In this document: positions 16,420 to 19,684 of the stretch, piece after piece
Layout of the letters: the number at the start of each line of letters is the position of its first letter
Position numbering within the stretch: position 1 is the stretch's first letter
Source: Candidatus Dadabacteria bacterium
GTDB lineage: Bacteria; Desulfobacterota_D; UBA1144; Nemesobacterales; CSP1-2
Direction: 5' to 3'
Assembly: GCA_040289575.1 (NCBI GenBank)
Contig: PSLL01000037.1
Location: 1 to 19,684 of the forward strand
DNA length: 19,684 nucleotides
Program-made: the position numbers and the translations under genes
Notes under the pieces: generated by a model
Seen by the model: the letters and a program-made list of their open reading frames with translations, nothing else
Told to the model about the DNA's origin: nothing
Database searches by the model: none

Positions 16420-18027
16420 ATGACAGCGAACAGGGAACTCGGCCTTATAACTACAGGCTCTTTGGTCGAAGGGCTTGAGATGAAACTCAGCCCTGAAAGG
16501 AGCATAGAAGAGGTAAAGGCGGGAAAATTCGTCGTTGTATTCGGACTGTTCCATAAATTCTTCTCCCTCATAACAGACGTAAGACTCGACGCATCGTCAA
16601 CAAATGTCCTTATAAATCCACCTTCAAAAGAAGATGAGGTTCTAAGACAGGTCCTCTCAGGTACGAGCACATATGCAACTGTCGAACTAAGGCCTATGCT
16701 TATGCTCACACAAGAAGAAGATGAGCCTAAGCCAGTAAAAACGATCCCGCCTCACTTCGCCCTTGTCTCCGAAGCTACAGAAGAGGATGTGAGTTTAGTA
16801 TTTGGGCGTGAGGACGGAAGTAGAAAATTCTTCAACATCGGCTCTCCGCTCGATATGGATACACCCGTATGCATAAACCTCGACAGGTTCGTTGAAAGGA
16901 GCAATGGGATTTTTGGGAAAAGCGGCACTGGAAAAACATTTCTTACAAGGCTCATGCTTGCAGGAATCATAAAATATGATAAAGCAGTAAACCTCATATT
17001 CGATATGCATAACGAATACGGTTGGGGATCAAGGAGGGAGGAGACGGGCGGTTTTGTAAAAGGACTCAAGCAACTCTTTCCCGAAAAGGTCTCAATATTC
17101 TCCCTAGACCCCGAATCCACAAGACGGCGTGGCGCAAAACCAGATGTCGAGGTTTATATCTCACTTGACCAGATAGAGATTGAAGACATTGCTCTTCTTC
17201 AGAATGAGTTCCGTCTCCACACGACGGCGATTGAATCGGCTTATGCCATCTCTCGGAGGTATGGGGATAGATGGCTGAGCGAACTCCTCTCCTGGAGGCA
17301 GGAGGACATTCCAAACATCGCAAAAGAACTGGGGGCGCATCAAGAATCCATATCTGCGCTCTACAGAAAGCTCAGCAGGTTAAAGACTCTCCCCTTTATA
17401 GTGGATGACAATCGCGGCGAAGGGACTATAAAAAAGATCATTGAATATCTGGGACGCGGGATAAATATAGTGCTTGAGTTCGGAAAGAGAAATAGCGCTC
17501 TAGCATACCTCCTTGTCGCAAACATAATATCGAGAAGGATCCACGACCATTACATAGAAAAAACAGAGGAATATTTTGCGACTCAGAGTTCCACAGACAA
17601 ACCCAGGCAGCTTATGATTACGATTGAAGAGGCGCATAAATTCTTAAACCCCCAGTCGGCAAGGCAGACGATATTCGGCACTATAGCGCGCGAACTCAGA
17701 AAATATTTTGTAACTATAATGATAGTTGACCAGAGACCCTCGGGAATAGACGATGAGGTCATATCACAGATAGGCACGAGAATCACGGCTCTTCTTAATG
17801 ATGAAAAAGACATTCAGTCCGTTCTTACCGGAGTAAGCAACACATCCGGACTCAGAGCCGTTCTTGCGAGCCTCGATACACGGCAGCAGGCTCTAATCCT
17901 TGGCCATGCGGTTCCTATGCCGGTTGTAGTAAGAACAAGAGAATACGATGAAAAATTCTATAAGGAAATCTCTTCTCTACCTGAGTCGGGAAAGGCGTTA
18001 AAATATATTGAGGAGCTTTATGGATAA
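16420..18027 (+). CDS. HerA/FtsK-family ATPase (HAS-barrel-like N-terminus + DUF87-type P-loop)
   Basis: Walker A GIFGKSGTGKT, IFDMHNEYG, Walker B MITIEEAH, IARELRKY, DQRPS. Start could be TTG 16408. Confidence 0.9.
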   Translation: MTANRELGLITTGSLVEGLEMKLSPERSIEEVKAGKFVVVFGLFHKFFSLITDVRLDASSTNVLINPPSKEDEVLRQVLSGTSTYATVELRPMLMLTQEEDEPKPVKTIPPHFALVSEATEEDVSLVFGREDGSRKFFNIGSPLDMDTPVCINLDRFVERSNGIFGKSGTGKTFLTRLMLAGIIKYDKAVNLIFDMHNEYGWGSRREETGGFVKGLKQLFPEKVSIFSLDPESTRRRGAKPDVEVYISLDQIEIEDIALLQNEFRLHTTAIESAYAISRRYGDRWLSELLSWRQEDIPNIAKELGAHQESISALYRKLSRLKTLPFIVDDNRGEGTIKKIIEYLGRGINIVLEFGKRNSALAYLLVANIISRRIHDHYIEKTEEYFATQSSTDKPRQLMITIEEAHKFLNPQSARQTIFGTIARELRKYFVTIMIVDQRPSGIDDEVISQIGTRITALLNDEKDIQSVLTGVSNTSGLRAVLASLDTRQQALILGHAVPMPVVVRTREYDEKFYKEISSLPESGKALKYIEELYG

Positions 18028-18030
18028 TTA

Positions 18031-18792
18031 TTAAAGGTTTCTCTGCCTTCGTTTAATAAATGGGGTATGTATCTGGTCTTCTTTGTAATTCCCTGTGAGC
18101 GCATACAATATGATATTTATCCCCAACCTGAAGGCGAGTTCTCTTTGAACCTCTCCCCCGGGGATGCACTCATACTGCCACCTTCCGAACTCATCCTCAG
18201 ACCATGCACCGCCAAGATCGTTTCTAGAATAGATTACGGGGGTTCTTTCTTCGTCCGCAAACGTAATTCCCTCAAGATAGGGCTTAACTATCTTTCTCCC
18301 ACTTGCTGAAAAGAGGAGATAAAAGGATTTAAATATCACATGATCGGATGAAATTTGTCTAAAAGGAAATTCAGGTAGAATCTTTTTAAACTCCTCTCGA
18401 ATTTGAGAATCAAATGGCGAATCCTCTTCTCCCGAGACGTCATCAACAAGGAGCGTTCCGCCGAGTTTTAGAAACTTCCTCAGCCCCCTTGACTCATCCT
18501 CGGTAAATGGCTCAAATCTCTCTTTCCCGGCAACATAGAGGAACGGATAGTAGAAGAAGTCTGGGTCTCCAATAGCGAGCGTTTTTCTCTCAAATGAGGT
18601 TTCAACGCTGGTTCTTGAATCGAGGGAAGCCATGAGTCTCCTGTAGGCTCTGGGACGGAGGTCCCACTGGCCGCGATACACGATTTGGGCAAAGTGAAAT
18701 TTAGAGGCCTCGCCAAAACCAAAGAGAGGCAGGGAGGCTATTCCGATGCCCCCCTTAATGAGAGTTTTAAAAAAATCCCTTCTCGTCGCCAT
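18031..18792 (-). CDS. DUF4159-like protein with twin-arginine-like N-terminus
   Basis: MATRRDFFKTLI (RRxF); YPFLYVAG, LRKFLKLGGTLLVDD, HVIFKSFY, NDLGGAW, AFRLGINIILYALTGNYKEDQIH. Confidence 0.82.
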   Translation of the reverse strand: MATRRDFFKTLIKGGIGIASLPLFGFGEASKFHFAQIVYRGQWDLRPRAYRRLMASLDSRTSVETSFERKTLAIGDPDFFYYPFLYVAGKERFEPFTEDESRGLRKFLKLGGTLLVDDVSGEEDSPFDSQIREEFKKILPEFPFRQISSDHVIFKSFYLLFSASGRKIVKPYLEGITFADEERTPVIYSRNDLGGAWSEDEFGRWQYECIPGGEVQRELAFRLGINIILYALTGNYKEDQIHTPFIKRRQRNL

Positions 18793-19114
18793 TTTTATTA
18801 AGATAATAATACATACTTCTATAGCTATCTGGAAGAATCTGCGCAATCTGGTTCTTCCATAGCTTATGATTTGGCATGAAGTTTGTAGATATCGAGCTAA
18901 AATTGGGTATTGATACAGAGAGGCAAAGAGGCGCCTCATAATTGGGGACTATCACAGTTCATAACAGATACCAGAATTAAGAAATACAAACTTTCCTAAA
19001 CCAGATGACCCATACCGACATAAAAAAGCATAGTATAACGGCAGGAATATAGTGATATATTATGAAGTGCCTTTAACCTTGCATATTTCAAATTAACGAA
19101 TAAGGAGAAAAATC

Positions 19115-19216
19115 ATGGCCGCTGAACCTAGACCGAGGAAAAAAGAGGCTAAAGAAACCCCTTATCTGAGCCCCGTGTTCTGTTCTCTGTTTTTCTGCTC
19201 TACAGCCAATATCTAA
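19115..19216 (+). other. Short ORF (33 aa) with strong RBS, possible gene remnant
   Basis: TAAGGAG-7 nt-ATG; MAAEPRPRKKEAKETPYLSPVFCSLFFCSTANI; no family recognised. Confidence 0.25.
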
Positions 19217-19309
19217 TGAGCGGCGGTGAACTGTCTAAGTATCTGGCCAATTACTTTGGCTATCCACCAGGCAAAACGTTAAGACTCTGTTGCGATCGGG
19301 GGGTATATC

Positions 19310-19684
19310 ATGCCGTCTGAACCGCCTTATGACATCATATGGAACCGATTGAAAGCGGGCAATGTAGTCCCATTTCTTGGAGCAGGTGCCTCTTTTGTCG
19401 GACGTCCACCCAATGCGAAGTGGAGTGCCGATAAACCCGTTTTCCTCCCAAGCGGCCTTGAGCTGGCTCATTTCCCCGCTGATGAGGCGATGTTCCCCTC
19501 GACTAATCCCAGCGATAGAGATGAGTTGGCGAAGGTATCATCGTATTATGTTGACATCTCAGGGCGGCGTATGCTGCGAGAGCGATTGCGCGAGGTGCTT
19601 AATCACGACTACCAGAGCGGTCCTCTCCATGAATTCCTTGCGTCTTTGCCATCTTGCCTAGTCATTGTCGCCACCAAATACGAT
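19310..19684 (+). CDS. SIR2-like (SIR2_2-type) protein, 5' part, runs off the window; absent from the ORF track
   Basis: Open frame from ATG 19310: MPSEPPYDIIWNRLKAGNVVPFLGAGAS..LPSGLELA..LHEFLASLP..IVATKYD; G-rich RBS upstream. Confidence 0.85.
   Translation, partial: MPSEPPYDIIWNRLKAGNVVPFLGAGASFVGRPPNAKWSADKPVFLPSGLELAHFPADEAMFPSTNPSDRDELAKVSSYYVDISGRRMLRERLREVLNHDYQSGPLHEFLASLPSCLVIVATKYD

Noticed and set aside
18793..18939. N-terminal extension of the 302-aa ORF
   Set aside because: The RRxF signal-like sequence begins at ATG 18792; the upstream part looks non-coding
19294..19303. GATCGGGGGG as a seventh palindrome copy
   Set aside because: Only a right arm is present; better explained as the RBS region of the SIR2-like gene
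625..19661. Numerous short antisense or overlapping ORFs in the six-frame track (e.g. 625-945, 2891-3352, 14283-14600, 16752-17120, 19377-19661)
   Set aside because: They are shadows of well-supported genes, with no motifs or RBS support
16420..19684. Sir2-HerA anti-phage system
   Set aside because: The genes are about 1.3 kb apart, separated by an opposite-strand DUF4159-like gene and in herA-then-sir2 order; no operon evidence

Overview
AT-rich bacterial chromosomal window. Left: a decayed ethylene-receptor-like (ETR-type membrane domain + GAF + HATPase remnant) sensor kinase, an intact prmC-murA-hisG(short) cluster, a frameshifted PilZ-domain gene and a small membrane ORF. Centre (minus strand, just downstream of tRNA-Glu-CTC): a type I-B CRISPR-Cas operon, cas6-cas8b-cas7-[GIY-YIG]-cas5-cas3-cas4-[RHH]-cas1-[two-gene TA-like pair]-cas2, followed by a leader and a one-spacer array. 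cas8b and cas3 are frameshifted, and cas8b carries a likely internal Cas11 start. Right: a HerA-type ATPase, a convergent DUF4159-like gene and the 5' part of a SIR2-like gene. The most unusual signal is a 17-nt near-perfect palindrome, CCCCGATT(T/A)AATCGGGG, present six times in the first 5.6 kb. Three copies interrupt pre-existing functional sequence (two genes and a CRISPR repeat), so it behaves like an ultra-short mobile or overwriting element. A stand-alone GIY-YIG nuclease with an adjacent REP-like hairpin element sharing CCCGA/ATCGGG arms is a candidate mobiliser (hypothesis). Family names come from motif recognition only; no database search was run.
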